A stretch of 64,000 bases of DNA, filler included, from Lama guanicoe (lineage: Eukaryota), in assembly GCA_013239625.1 (NCBI GenBank). It is 76 parts of 76 records of this genome, joined end to end, with 100 filler letters (N's around TTAATTAATTAA, not from the genome) between each part and the next. Parts side by side here need not be neighbours in the genome. Positions count along the whole stretch, not along the records: positions 49,243 to 50,148 come from MU055997.1; positions 50,249 to 50,702 come from PNXV01017767.1; positions 50,803 to 51,471 come from PNXV01017768.1; positions 51,572 to 52,421 come from MU055998.1; positions 52,522 to 52,994 come from PNXV01017774.1; positions 53,095 to 53,952 come from MU056001.1; positions 54,053 to 54,911 come from MU056002.1; positions 55,012 to 55,937 come from MU056005.1; 68 more parts are not named here. One strand, 5' to 3'. Below, piece by piece: positions 49,243 through 61,099 of the stretch (position 1 is the first letter of the stretch; each line of letters begins with the position of its first letter). The position numbers were made by a program, and so were the translations under genes. The notes under the pieces were generated by a model, which did no database searches, had not been told where the DNA came from, and saw only the letters and a program-made list of their open reading frames with translations.

Positions 49243-50148
49243 GAACACAGTATTTCGTTTATAGAAAACAGAATACTGAATATAGAATTTTAAACATGGA
49301 ATGCAGAGCACAGAATTTTGAATATAGAATACAGAAAGCTGAATATAGAATGTAGAATATAGAATGTAGAACAAAGAATATAGAATATAGAATAAAGAAA
49401 ATTGAACCCTGAATTTTGAACATGGAATGCATAACACAGAATTTAGAAAATAGAATACAGAATACTGAATATAGAATTTAGAATATAGTATGTAGAACAC
49501 AGTATAAAGATTATAGAATACGGAATGCAGAATATAGAATGTAGAATATATAATGAAAACACAAAATATNNNNNNNNNNNNNNNNNNNNNNNNNNNNNNN
49601 NNNNNNNNNNNNNNNNNNNNNNNNNNNNNNNNNNNNNNNNNNNNNNNNNNNNNNNNNNNNNNNNNNNNNNNNNNNNNNNNNNNNNNNNNNNNNNNNNNNN
49701 NNNNNNNNNNNNNNNNNNNNNNNNNNNNNNNNNNNNNNNNNNNNNNNNNNNNNNNNNNNNNNNNNNNNNNNNNNNNNNNNNNNNNNNNNNNNNNNNNNNN
49801 NNNNNNNNNNNNNNNNNNNNNNNNNNNNNNNNNNNNNNNNNNNNNNNNNNNNNNNNNNNNNNNNNNNNNNNNNNNNNNNNNNNNNNNNNNNNNNNNNNNN
49901 NNNNNNNNNNNNNNNNNNNNNNNNNNNNNNNNNNNNNNNNNNNNNNNNNNNNNNNNNNNNNNNNNNNNNNNNNNNNNNNNNNNNNNNNNNNNNNNNNNTA
50001 GAATATAGAATACAGAATACTGAATATAGAATGTAGAATTTAGAATGTAGAACACGGAATATAGAATGCAGAATACAGAATCTAGAAACCAGTATAAAGA
50101 ACATGCTATGCAGAACACATAATTTAGAATACAGATTAAATAATACAG
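49243..50148 (+). repeat. Satellite family C
   Basis: Heptamer array with the same 63-bp unit variants. Confidence 0.95.
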
Positions 50149-50248
50149 NNNNNNNNNNNNNNNNNNNNNNNNNNNNNNNNNNNNNNNNNNNNTTAATTAA
50201 TTAANNNNNNNNNNNNNNNNNNNNNNNNNNNNNNNNNNNNNNNNNNNN

Positions 50249-50702
50249 TTGCGACCATTTCCCGCTGCTGCTGCAGCCATCTCAGCACACTGATCGCTCT
50301 GCGCCCACCTCCCAGGAGCCGACTGTTCTGTAAACTGAGTCCCACGAACCTGGGGATTTAGAGGCCGCCCCCAAGGTCAGGCCACGGGGAAGATGGGAGC
50401 AAATCCAGGGGCTCTCATGGGGCAGCACCCATTTCATCCGAGGCCCACTCACAGCACCGCACCCGCCTCCCAGGAGCAGACCATGGTCTTAGGGCAAGTC
50501 GGAGATGCTCCGGAGCCGTCTGGCGCCCTCCCACCTCCCGGGGCTGTACCTGCTCTCCTAAACCCGGGTATAAGCGGCGGCAAAAACGGGGGGTTCAGGA
50601 ACTACTAATAGCGGGATTACCATGAACTACAAAGGCTGCCACCCGCCTCATTTTCCTAACCGGACGCGCGGCCGGAACCTCACCTCCGCACCCCTCCCTG
50701 GG
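50249..50702. promoter_or_regulatory. CpG-rich, promoter-like fragment of unknown gene
   Basis: Elevated CpG; gaactac motif twice (about 50599, 50624); ccggaa ETS core near 50672. Confidence 0.35.
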
Positions 50703-51571
50703 NNNNNNNNNNNNNNNNNNNNNNNNNNNNNNNNNNNNNNNNNNNNTTAATTAATTAANNNNNNNNNNNNNNNNNNNNNNNNNNNNNNNNNNNNNNNNNN
50801 NNCCCCACATTCATGTGCCACCAGTGGTGGTCTAAAATTGTCTCTCTAAAAATTCAAAACCTATTTACTTCTTTAAGGAAATTGTACAGTACAGTATTTA
50901 GCATTATTTTTTTCTAAGAGGTAAATTACTTTATGTTGACCCGAATTTATACACTTGCTGGTCAGTGATTTCTGTGTTCAGGTCCATTGTGAGTCTTCTG
51001 ATGCCATTCTCACAGAAACTCCTCAGAGTTTACGAACCAGTGGAGTCTTGTTAGAAGAAATCTCTGGACACTCATTTTAAACTAAATACATCTGCATTTG
51101 TGGATGTTGCTTTTTTAAAAAACCATTGTTAGTGGTATCCTTCCCAAACCCCTGAATCCTCCCTTGATCCCAGAGCATTTTTATAAGCTCCCAAGAATCA
51201 TAAGGGACAGAGGTGCCCAGAAATTTAATCAAGTAGTTGTGGGAACAGCATTAGACCTGGCTCAAGTCACATATCAATGTGGCGTATTTATTTTCAAGTC
51301 TCAGTATAAACGTCATTTCTTTAGTGAAGCTTTCATTTGTCCACAGATCTGTGAAGCATCTTCTGTTTCACACTGTCATGGTGCTCATTCTGTGGAAACA
51401 CCCAGCGTTGAACGGGGACTCAAGTGCAGTGGCTTCTTCCCCGGCAGACTTCCGGTCCTCTTGGCTAAGTANNNNNNNNNNNNNNNNNNNNNNNNNNNNN
51501 NNNNNNNNNNNNNNNTTAATTAATTAANNNNNNNNNNNNNNNNNNNNNNNNNNNNNNNNNNNNNNNNNNNN

Positions 51572-52421
51572 CTGGGTTCTGTATTCTGTTTTCCATATTC
51601 TATATTTTGTTTTCGAAGTTGTATATTCTGTATTCTTTATTCTGCCTTTACTATTTTATATTCTATATTCTGTGTTATACATTCTATATTCTATATTCTA
51701 TATTCAGTATTCTGTATTCTGTATTCTAAATTCTGTGTGCTGCATTCCATTTTCTAATTTCTATATTCAGTATTCTGTATTGTATATTCTAAATTCTGTG
51801 TTCTGCATTCTATATTCTAAATTCTATATTCAGTATTCTGTATTNNNNNNNNNNNNNNNNNNNNNNNNNNNNNNNNNGTGTTTTGCATGTTGTAAATTCT
51901 GGGTTCTATATTCTATATTCTATATTCTATTTCAGAGTTATTCATTCTATATTCTACATTATATATTCGGCATTTCGTAGTCTATATCCTATATACTGTG
52001 TTCTATATTCTATATACTATATTCTATTTTCAGTACTGTGTATTCTATATTCTAAATTGTGTGTTCTGCATTCCATCTTCTAAATTCTGGGTTCTCTATT
52101 CTTTATTCTCTATTCTATACTGTGTGTTTTCCATTCTATATTCTACATAATATATTTTGCATTTCGTATACTATATTCTATATTCTGTGTTCTATATACT
52201 ATACTCTAAATTCTATATTCAGCATTCTGTATTCTATATTCTAAATTCTGTGTTCTGCATACTTTATTCGAAATACTATATTTAGTATTCTGCATTCTAT
52301 ATTCTAAATAATGGGTTCTGATTCCATGTTCAAATTCTGTATTCTATATTCTATATTCTATATTCTGTGTTGTACATTCTATTTTCTAAATTTTATATTC
52401 AGTATTCTGTATTCTATATTC
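51572..52421 (-). repeat. Satellite family C (pyrimidine strand shown)
   Basis: tattcag at 51701, 51764, 51827 (63-bp spacing). Confidence 0.95.
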
Positions 52422-53094
52422 NNNNNNNNNNNNNNNNNNNNNNNNNNNNNNNNNNNNNNNNNNNNTTAATTAATTAANNNNNNNNNNNNNNNNNNNNNNN
52501 NNNNNNNNNNNNNNNNNNNNNAGCTCCCACAAAGAAACGATGGCCTTCCGCTAGATTCAGCAAATGGTGGTTTTATGTCTTCTCTGGGGTGAAGTGAGGG
52601 TGGTAAGTGAGGGGAATCTTTGACTGAACTTGAATCTGTATTAGGCCTCCGTTTTTCAAGACAGTCTAGGTAAATATTAGAAGTCAGATAGTGAACGGAA
52701 CTGTAAAAGTCGCAATGACATGAAAGACACAGCTTATGTGGACCGTCTTTCAATTGAGTCAAGCCCCCGGGGGCAATCTATCATGGGGGTGCAGACTTGG
52801 TTGCATTCAAGTGCTTTACTCAACATGATCGGATGATTAAGCGTTCTCATCACTGATAGAAAAACACCTGATTCTCAGTAGCCTTGCATAGCTGCAGCAG
52901 AGTTGTCATAGTTATAATGCCTCTAGGTTCTTTGGATTCAAAACTAAATATATATATTTAGTTTGTTTCCTCTTGTATTTTCCTTGAGAGGGATNNNNNN
53001 NNNNNNNNNNNNNNNNNNNNNNNNNNNNNNNNNNNNNNTTAATTAATTAANNNNNNNNNNNNNNNNNNNNNNNNNNNNNNNNNNNNNNNNNNNN

Positions 53095-53952
53095 AGAATT
53101 CCAGAACACATTCGTAGGTGTGGGAGAGATGTGCAGCACCACTCCACCCAGATGACAGGAGGAAAAGGTGTTCCGTTTAGGGAGAAGTCCTCTAAGTACT
53201 TCCGCAGTGGATCAGGGGTCACTCACTGCTATTTGGCCTCCAATCTCTACCCCCAGCTTTCCCGCATGGCCTGGCCTAAAGGAACACTCAGGGAACAGAA
53301 GCTAAGGGATACTAATAGAATCCAGGTGCTGCTGTCAGTTTGAGGAACTTCCCCACACTCAGAACACCAGAACACGTCTTCGTGTGTGTGCTGGACGTGG
53401 GGAAACATAGCACACGCATTTTTCAGGGGTCACAGTAATTCCCAAGTTGTGGGTTGTAGTTTAAACATCTCCACTACCCATGGAGAGGCACACGCTAATA
53501 CTTAGTTTTAGATCCCAAATCCCACTTTCAACCANNNNNNNNNNNNNNNNNNNNNNNNNNNNNNNNNNNNNNNNNNNNNNNNNNNNNNNNNNNNNNNNNN
53601 NNNNNNNNNNNNNNNNNNNNNNNNNNNNNNNNNNNNNNNNNNNNNNNNNNNNNNNNNNNNNNNNNNNNNNNNNNNNNNNNNNNNNNNNNNNNNNNNNNNN
53701 NNNNNNNNNAAAACCCTCCACTACCCACAGAGATGCACTCGCTAATACTTGGCTTTAGAGCCCATCCCCCACCATCGCTTAATGCTAAGCCTAGGAAAAC
53801 ACTTAGGGAAGTAAAGCTAAGGGATTCTATTAAAACCCAGGTGCTGCTGTCTGTTGGATTAACCTCCCCACACTCAGAATCCCAGAACACTTCTTCCTGT
53901 GTTTGCTGGACGTGGGAAAACATAGCAAACGCATTTTTCAGGGGTCACAGTA
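53095..53952 (-). repeat. Satellite family A
   Basis: agaa..ccagaacac at 53095 and 53361 (266 bp); reverse complement of 6700-7040. Confidence 0.93.
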
Positions 53953-54842
53953 NNNNNNNNNNNNNNNNNNNNNNNNNNNNNNNNNNNNNNNNNNNNTTAA
54001 TTAATTAANNNNNNNNNNNNNNNNNNNNNNNNNNNNNNNNNNNNNNNNNNNNGAATGGGGGTATCCTGGCTGATTACAGGGACTATAGTGAGTTCAGTTC
54101 CCGGGTTTATTGTGCCATAGCCCGACTTGGCCGAATCACTCACCCTCACTGAGCCCTAGACCTCATTTCAAGAATTGATGAAGGAAACATGCTGGCTTCC
54201 GGATGAAATCATGTGAGCACACCTTGGGCACGGAGCACTCCAAGTAGCAGGATTAAATAAACGCCCGCGATGATTACGACGAGGAAGACAGCACAGGCAG
54301 ACATCTGTAGGAATTTGGGGACCACAGACACTAAAATCCCAGATAGCAAAAGACCAAAGTCCATGAACTTACACGAAATGTATGGTGCAAAACCCCTTAC
54401 AACACAGAGGCAGCATCAATGTTCTCAGCAAATCGGGCTCTCCCCTGTGATGTGGTTTCCTAGAGAGCAGAGGCTCATCTCTGCTGCNNNNNNNNNNNNN
54501 NNNNNNNNNNNNNNNNNNNNNNNNNNNNNNNNNNNNNNNNNNNNNNNNNNNNNNNNNNNNNNNNNNNNNNNNNNNNNNNNNNNNNNNNNNNNNNNNNNNN
54601 NNNNNNNNNNNNNNNNNNNNNNNNNNNNNNNNNNNNNNNNNNNNNNNNNNNNNNNNNNNNNNNNNNNNNNNNNNNNNNNNNNNNNNNNAATCTTCTGGAT
54701 CTATAAAATGGAAATGCTAATAACACAATCTCACAGTGTTGTGGTGAGGACTGAATTATTATATGTATTATATATACATAAATATGTACTCAAAATTGTC
54801 CCTAGCATATAAATTCTAAGGGTTGACTGTTAATACACATGT

Positions 54843-54911
54843 AATATAATATAATATAATAAAATATAAAATAATATAATATAATATAAAATAATATATT
54901 ATAATATAATA
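54843..54911. repeat. (AATAT)n-type low-complexity repeat
   Basis: Pure A/T degenerate pentamer run up to the scaffold end. Confidence 0.9.
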
Positions 54912-55011
54912 NNNNNNNNNNNNNNNNNNNNNNNNNNNNNNNNNNNNNNNNNNNNTTAATTAATTAANNNNNNNNNNNNNNNNNNNNNNNNNNNNNNNNN
55001 NNNNNNNNNNN

Positions 55012-55937
55012 GCTCTCTTCAGTCACAGGTGTTCCCTGTTAGCGGGAATTCTGAGAAATATATTCCCTGATCTTTGGGAGGCAGCCTCTGTCACTGGGAT
55101 TTCCTGCAAACCACCCTAGTATTCCCTGGCACAGAGACATTAGGAAAACCCTCAGGGGAGACCAGCTCAGGCATTCCGTTGGAACCCACGCGCTGCCGAC
55201 CGTTGGTGGAACCTCCCCACGCTCAGGATTCCGGAACCATTGTCAGTGCGTGGGGGAGCTCGAGAGACAACTCCACGCAGCTCTCTTCATTCACAGGTGT
55301 TCCCTTAACGGGGAAGTCTGAGAAATACCTTCCCTGACCTTGGGGAGGCAGCCTCTGTCACTGGGATTGTCTGCAAAGCCCCTAGCATTCCCTTGCAAAG
55401 AGATATTAGGAAAAATCCCAGGGGAGGCAAGCTTAGGCATTCCGTTATAACCCATACGCTGCCGACCGTTGGTGGAACCTCCCCACGCTCAGGATTCCGG
55501 AACCATTGTCAGTGCGTGGGGGAGCTCGAGAGACAACTCCACGCAGCTCTCTTCAGTCACATGTGTTCCCTGTTCGGGNNNNNNNNNNNNNNNNNNNNNN
55601 NNNNNNNNNNNNNNNNNNNNNNNNNNNNNNNNNNNNNNNNNNNNCCCCTATCATTCCCTAGCACAGAGACATTAGGAAAAAACCCAGGGGAGACGAGCTT
55701 AGGCATTCCGTTAGAACCCACGCGCTGCCGACCGTTGGTGGAACCTCCCCACGCTAAGGATTCTGGAACCATTGTCAGTGCGTTGGGAGCTCGAAAGACA
55801 ACTCCACGCAGCTCTCTTCAGTCACAGGTGTTCCCTGTTAAGGGGAATTCTGAGAAATAGCTTCCAAGACCTTGGGGAGTCAGCCTCAGTCACTGGGATT
55901 GCCTGCAAACACCCGTAGCATTCCCTGGCACAGAGAC
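55012..55937 (-). repeat. Satellite family B, about 3.5 monomers
   Basis: cgttggtgga at 55201, 55467, 55733 (266-bp spacing). Confidence 0.97.
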
Positions 55938-56037
55938 NNNNNNNNNNNNNNNNNNNNNNNNNNNNNNNNNNNNNNNNNNNNTTAATTAATTAANNNNNNN
56001 NNNNNNNNNNNNNNNNNNNNNNNNNNNNNNNNNNNNN

Positions 56038-57205
56038 CTACATTCTATATTCTAAATTCTATATACAGTATTCTATATTCTATATTTTAATTCTGTGTTC
56101 CATATTCCATGTTCTTAATTCTTGGTTCTATTTTCTCTATTATCTATTCTCTATTCTGTGTTTTCAATCTATATTCGAAATTCTATATTTATTATTCTGT
56201 ATTCTATATTCTATATTATGTGTTTTGCATTCCATGTTCTTAATTCTATATTCAGTATTCTGTATTCTTTATTTAAATTCTGTGTTCNNNNNNNNNNNNN
56301 NNNNNNNNNNNNNNNNNNNNNNNNNNNNNNNNNNNNNNNNNNNNNNNNNNNNNNNNNNNNNNNNNNNNNNNNNNNNNNNNNNNNNNNNNNNNNNNNNNNN
56401 NNNNNNNNNNNNNNNNNNNNNNNNNNNNNNNNNNNNNNNNNNNNNNNNNNNNNNNNNNNNNNNNNNNNNNNNNNNNNNNNNNNNNNNNNNNNNNNNNNNN
56501 NNNNNNNNNNNNNNNNNNNNNNNNNNNNNNNNNNNNNNNNNNNNNNNNNNNNNNNNNNNNNNNNNNNNNNNNNNNNNNNNNNNNNNNNNNNNNNNNNNNN
56601 NNNNNNNNNNNNNNNNNNNNNNNNNNNNNNNNNNNNNNNNNNNNNNNNNNNNNNNNNNNNNNNNNNNNNNNNNNNNNNNNNNNNNNNNNNNNNNNNNNNN
56701 NNNNNNNNNNNNNNNNNNNNNNNNNNNNNNNNNNNNNNNNNNNNNNNNNNNNNNNNNNNNNNNNNNNNNNNNNNNNNNNNNNNNNNNNNNNNNNNNNNNN
56801 NNNNNNNNNNNNNNNNNNNNNNNNNNNNNNNNNNNNNNNNNNNNNNNNNNNNNNNNNNNNNNNNNNNNNNNNNNNNNNNNNNNNNNNNNNNNNNNNNNNN
56901 NNNNNNNNNNNNNNNNNNNNNNNNNNNNNNNNNNNNNNNNNNNNNNNNNNNNNNNNNNNNNNNNNNNNNNNNNNNNNNNNNNNNNNNNNNNNNNNNNNNN
57001 NNNNNNNNNNNNNNNNNNNNNNNNNNNNNNNNNNNNNCCATGTTCTAAATTCTGGGTTCTCTATTCTCTATTCTCTATTCTATTTTCTGTTTTCTACATT
57101 CTATATTCTAAATTTTATATTCAGTATTCTGTATTCTATACTCTTAATTCTGTATTCTGCATTCCATGTTATAAATTCTGGGTTCTGTTTCCTGTTTCCC
57201 ATATT
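56038..57205 (-). repeat. Satellite family C
   Basis: (TATATTC)n variants on both sides of an internal gap. Confidence 0.95.
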
Positions 57206-57305
57206 NNNNNNNNNNNNNNNNNNNNNNNNNNNNNNNNNNNNNNNNNNNNTTAATTAATTAANNNNNNNNNNNNNNNNNNNNNNNNNNNNNNNNNNNNNNN
57301 NNNNN

Positions 57306-57630
57306 CCCATCCTCCCCCAGCCCCAAGGAGCCACTCTTCTCTCTCTGTGGGTTTGCCTGAGCTGGACATTTCATGTAAATCGAGTCACTTCTTGTAAGTG
57401 GAGCCGTCTATTGTGACTGACTTCTTTCACACTGAGTAGCGTTTTCAATGTTTGTCCAGGTTGTGGCCTGGGTCAGTGCTCTATGCTTTGCTTTGCTGAA
57501 TAATATTCCACTGTATGGCTGGGCCCCACTGTTTACCCATTCATCACGTGATAGGCATTTGGGTTGTTGCTGCTTTATGGTTGTGATGAGTAGTGTTGCC
57601 GTGAACATTCCTTTAGGAGTTTTTATGTGG
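57306..57630 (-). mobile_element. Old LINE-1 3' UTR fragment
   Basis: ctggacatttcatgtaaat; ttgctgaataatattccactgtatgg; gtttacccattcatc. Confidence 0.85.
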
Positions 57631-59597
57631 NNNNNNNNNNNNNNNNNNNNNNNNNNNNNNNNNNNNNNNNNNNNTTAATTAATTAANNNNNNNNNNNNNN
57701 NNNNNNNNNNNNNNNNNNNNNNNNNNNNNNAGCCCCTCCTCTGCCCAGAAGACGAGCACCAGCAGTTGTACCGCTCCAGTTCATGCTGAGAAGATGGCTG
57801 TGACTGAACCCCTCCTCTCTTCTCACAAGAATGCTCATCAACATTGGTGCAAAGCAACACCCTGTGCACTAGTAGAGATGGCATCTATGAAGGTTGCAAT
57901 GCACCCCTCATCCCACATGCAATGGTGCTTTCTATGGAGGGACCCAGATTGATTTGCACTCTCTTCTAGACACAGCCCGCACCACACTCCAGGCTCCTGA
58001 GGCTGCCTGTGTGCAGTCAACCCCAGTCCTCTCCCCAGGCTCATCCGTGTAAGCCTGAGTTATCATCCGTGTAAGCCTGAATTCCAGCAGCCCAGCCCAG
58101 CCTGTCCCCACTGACATGCATCTTAGTCTAGGATTCAAAGTGACTCTCACTGCTGGTTTCTCTTAGTTCTTTCTGCTAAGCAGCTGCTGCTGCCTCCTCT
58201 GAACCTCTGAAGCTCCTGTTCTGTCCCTGTGGATCTCCTTGCTGGTGAGGAAGCTTCCCAGGGTGAGGGCACATTTCTTTCTATGCTGATCTCTTTCTGT
58301 GAAGAATATCATGCACCAATTTCCTTTTTCTTTCTTCTTTTTTCCTCTACCTGGTTTTGTGGGGCTTTCCTTGTATTTCCAAAGTAATAGAAATTATGTC
58401 AAATTTCAGGAGTTATTCTGTGTGAATTGTTCTGTATTTGTATATAATTTTTGGTGTGTTCATGAGACAGGGTGGGCCNNNNNNNNNNNNNNNNNNNNNN
58501 NNNNNNNNNNNNNNNNNNNNNNNNNNNNNNNNNNNNNNNNNNNNNNNNNNNNNNNNNNNNNNNNNNNNNNNNNNNNNNNNNNNNNNNNNNNNNNNNNNNN
58601 NNNNNNNNNNNNNNNNNNNNNNNNNNNNNNNNNNNNNNNNNNNNNNNNNNNNNNNNNNNNNNNNNNNNNNNNNNNNNNNNNNNNNNNNNNNNNNNNNNNN
58701 NNNNNNNNNNNNNNNNNNNNNNNNNNNNNNNNNNNNNNNNNNNNNNNNNNNNNNNNNNNNNNNNNNNNNNNNNNNNNNNNNNNNNNNNNNNNNNNNNNNN
58801 NNNNNNNNNNNNNNNNNNNNNNNNNNNNNNNNNNNNNNNNNNNNNNNTTACTGATAACCTTGCATGGGTAAGCAGTTGAAAGTCCCCTGCAGTCAGCCTT
58901 GCAGAGCAATCTCTAGTAAAACGGTAGAATTTCTTAACTTTTTCTCCCCATTTTCTGCCCGAAAGAAGTCAAATACAATTCCTTGGTTTGACCGATTTTA
59001 ATTATTCACAAGAAATACCATGCACAAAATTTTGCAAATGATGNNNNNNNNNNNNNNNNNNNNNNNNNNNNNNNNNNNNNNNNNNNNTTAATTAATTAAN
59101 NNNNNNNNNNNNNNNNNNNNNNNNNNNNNNNNNNNNNNNNNNNTAACTTCAAATAGTAGACAAAAACAACATGACATGTTAATTGAAAATGTAGTTTCAG
59201 GGTAAATCCCCAAAGCCCTTCTTCCAACCAGACTGTTACCCCTAGGCCCCAACTCTACAGAAATTCCAGAATAACCACTGTTCCCTGCACCATTATACCT
59301 GAGTCTCTACCATGCTCTCAGAATAAAGGGAAAAAAGGCACAATCCCTGCTTCCAGGAGCTCCTAGGTGCACAGGAGTCATCATGAAATGATGGCTGAGG
59401 AGGCGTGTTAAGATGGCTTGGATAACAGTCAGCAGAGGGTGCTCGGGGCAGAGAGCTGGAACTGTAGCCAAGGCTCTCCCAGAGGAGGGAACCACTGTGC
59501 TGAGTTCTGAGATGCTCTAGAAGTGATCAGGGGAAGGTATAATATTAAGGCCATTTCTCCCTGGGGAGCTGCGCATGCAAAGGAGGGAGGCCAAACA

Positions 59598-59950
59598 GAG
59601 CCAGGTCCCTTCCAGGAACTGCAAATAGTCTAGAAGAGCAGGTGAGGCAACCAGGTGGAGAGAGATCACAGGTGCACATCACACAGGACTCTGTGTGCCT
59701 ACAAGGTAGAGGAGACATGCAAAGTGATTTAGAAAGAGACAAGATAGAGGCAGGGAGACATATGGGCAGGTTCTTGTGAAGGCCTGCTGAGGCCCTGCCA
59801 GGAGGAGAGAGGAGAAAACATTTCAGCAGGTGGACGGATTGGCCACAGGTGTGATGGAAGGGCAGGAGGTGATCAAAATGCCTGCCAGCTTTCTGGCTTT
59901 GGCAGTGTCCTAAATTATAGTGCCATTCCCTGAAATGAAAAGGGCAGGAA
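59598..59950. repeat. Low-copy duplicated segment, paralogue of 48091-48460
   Basis: Colinear match with a few indels. Confidence 0.95.
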
Positions 59951-60170
59951 GATGGGTAAGTCATGAGAGGATACAGCTGATTCAGTTCTGGCTGGGTGCC
60001 TGTTCCTTGGCTGGAGAGCTTGATGGAATCCAGTTTCCCTCTGCAACTTAGATATCCAGCATGAGAGATANNNNNNNNNNNNNNNNNNNNNNNNNNNNNN
60101 NNNNNNNNNNNNNNTTAATTAATTAANNNNNNNNNNNNNNNNNNNNNNNNNNNNNNNNNNNNNNNNNNNN

Positions 60171-60999
60171 TCCACGCAGGTCTCTTCATTCACAGGTGTT
60201 CTCAGTTCGGAGGAAGTCCAAGAAATATCTTCCCTGACTTTAGGGGGGCAGCCTCTGTCTCTGGCATTTCAAAAAAACCCCCTAGCGTTCCCTGGCATAG
60301 AAACATCAGGAAAACTCTCAGGGGTGACGAGCTTAGGCATTCCCTTAGAGCCCACGGGCTGCCGACATTTGGTGGATCCTCCAGACGCTCAGGTTTCCGG
60401 AACAATTGTCAGTGTGTGGGGAAGCTGGAGAGACAACTCCACGCAGCTCTCTTCAGTCACAGTTGTTCCCGGTTCAGGGGAATTCCGAGAAATAGCTTCN
60501 NNNNNNNNNNNNNNNNNNNNNNNNNNNNNNNNNNNNNNNNNNNNNNNNNNNNNNNNNNNNNNNNNNNNNNNNNNNNNNNNNNNNNNNNNNNNNNNNNNNN
60601 NNNNNNNNNNNNNNNNNNNNNNNNNNNNNNNNNNNNNNNNNNNNNNNNNNNNNNNNNNNNNNNNNNNNNNNNNNNNNNNNNNNNNNNNNNNNNNNNNNNN
60701 NNNNNNNNNNNNNNNNNNNNNNNNNNNNNNNNNNNNNNNNNNNNNNNNNNNNNNNNNNNNNNNNNNNNNNNNNNNNNNNNNNNNNNNNNNNNNNNNNNNN
60801 NNNNNNNNNNNNNNNNNNNNNNNNNNNNNNNNNNNNNNNNNNNNNNNNNNNNNNNNNNNNNNNNNNNNNNNNNNNNNNNNNNNNNNNNNNNNNNNNNTGC
60901 CAACAGTGAACCTCCCCACGCTCAGGATTCCAGAACCAATGTCTGTGCCCGGGGGAGCTCGAGAGAAAAATCCATGCAGGTCTCTTCAGTCACAGGTGT
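60171..60999 (-). repeat. Satellite family B, more diverged monomers
   Basis: Same monomer with more substitutions (gccgacatttggtggatcctcc). Confidence 0.93.
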
Positions 61000-61099
61000 N
61001 NNNNNNNNNNNNNNNNNNNNNNNNNNNNNNNNNNNNNNNNNNNTTAATTAATTAANNNNNNNNNNNNNNNNNNNNNNNNNNNNNNNNNNNNNNNNNNNN

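Noticed and set aside
52790..52875. Box C/D snoRNA
   Set aside because: A GTGATGA box on the minus strand lacks a matching terminal CTGA and stem; the plus-strand C box is imperfect.
9420..57253. Hydrophobic Tyr/Ile/Leu/Ser/Phe ORFs resembling membrane proteins
   Set aside because: Translations of the pyrimidine strand of satellite C.
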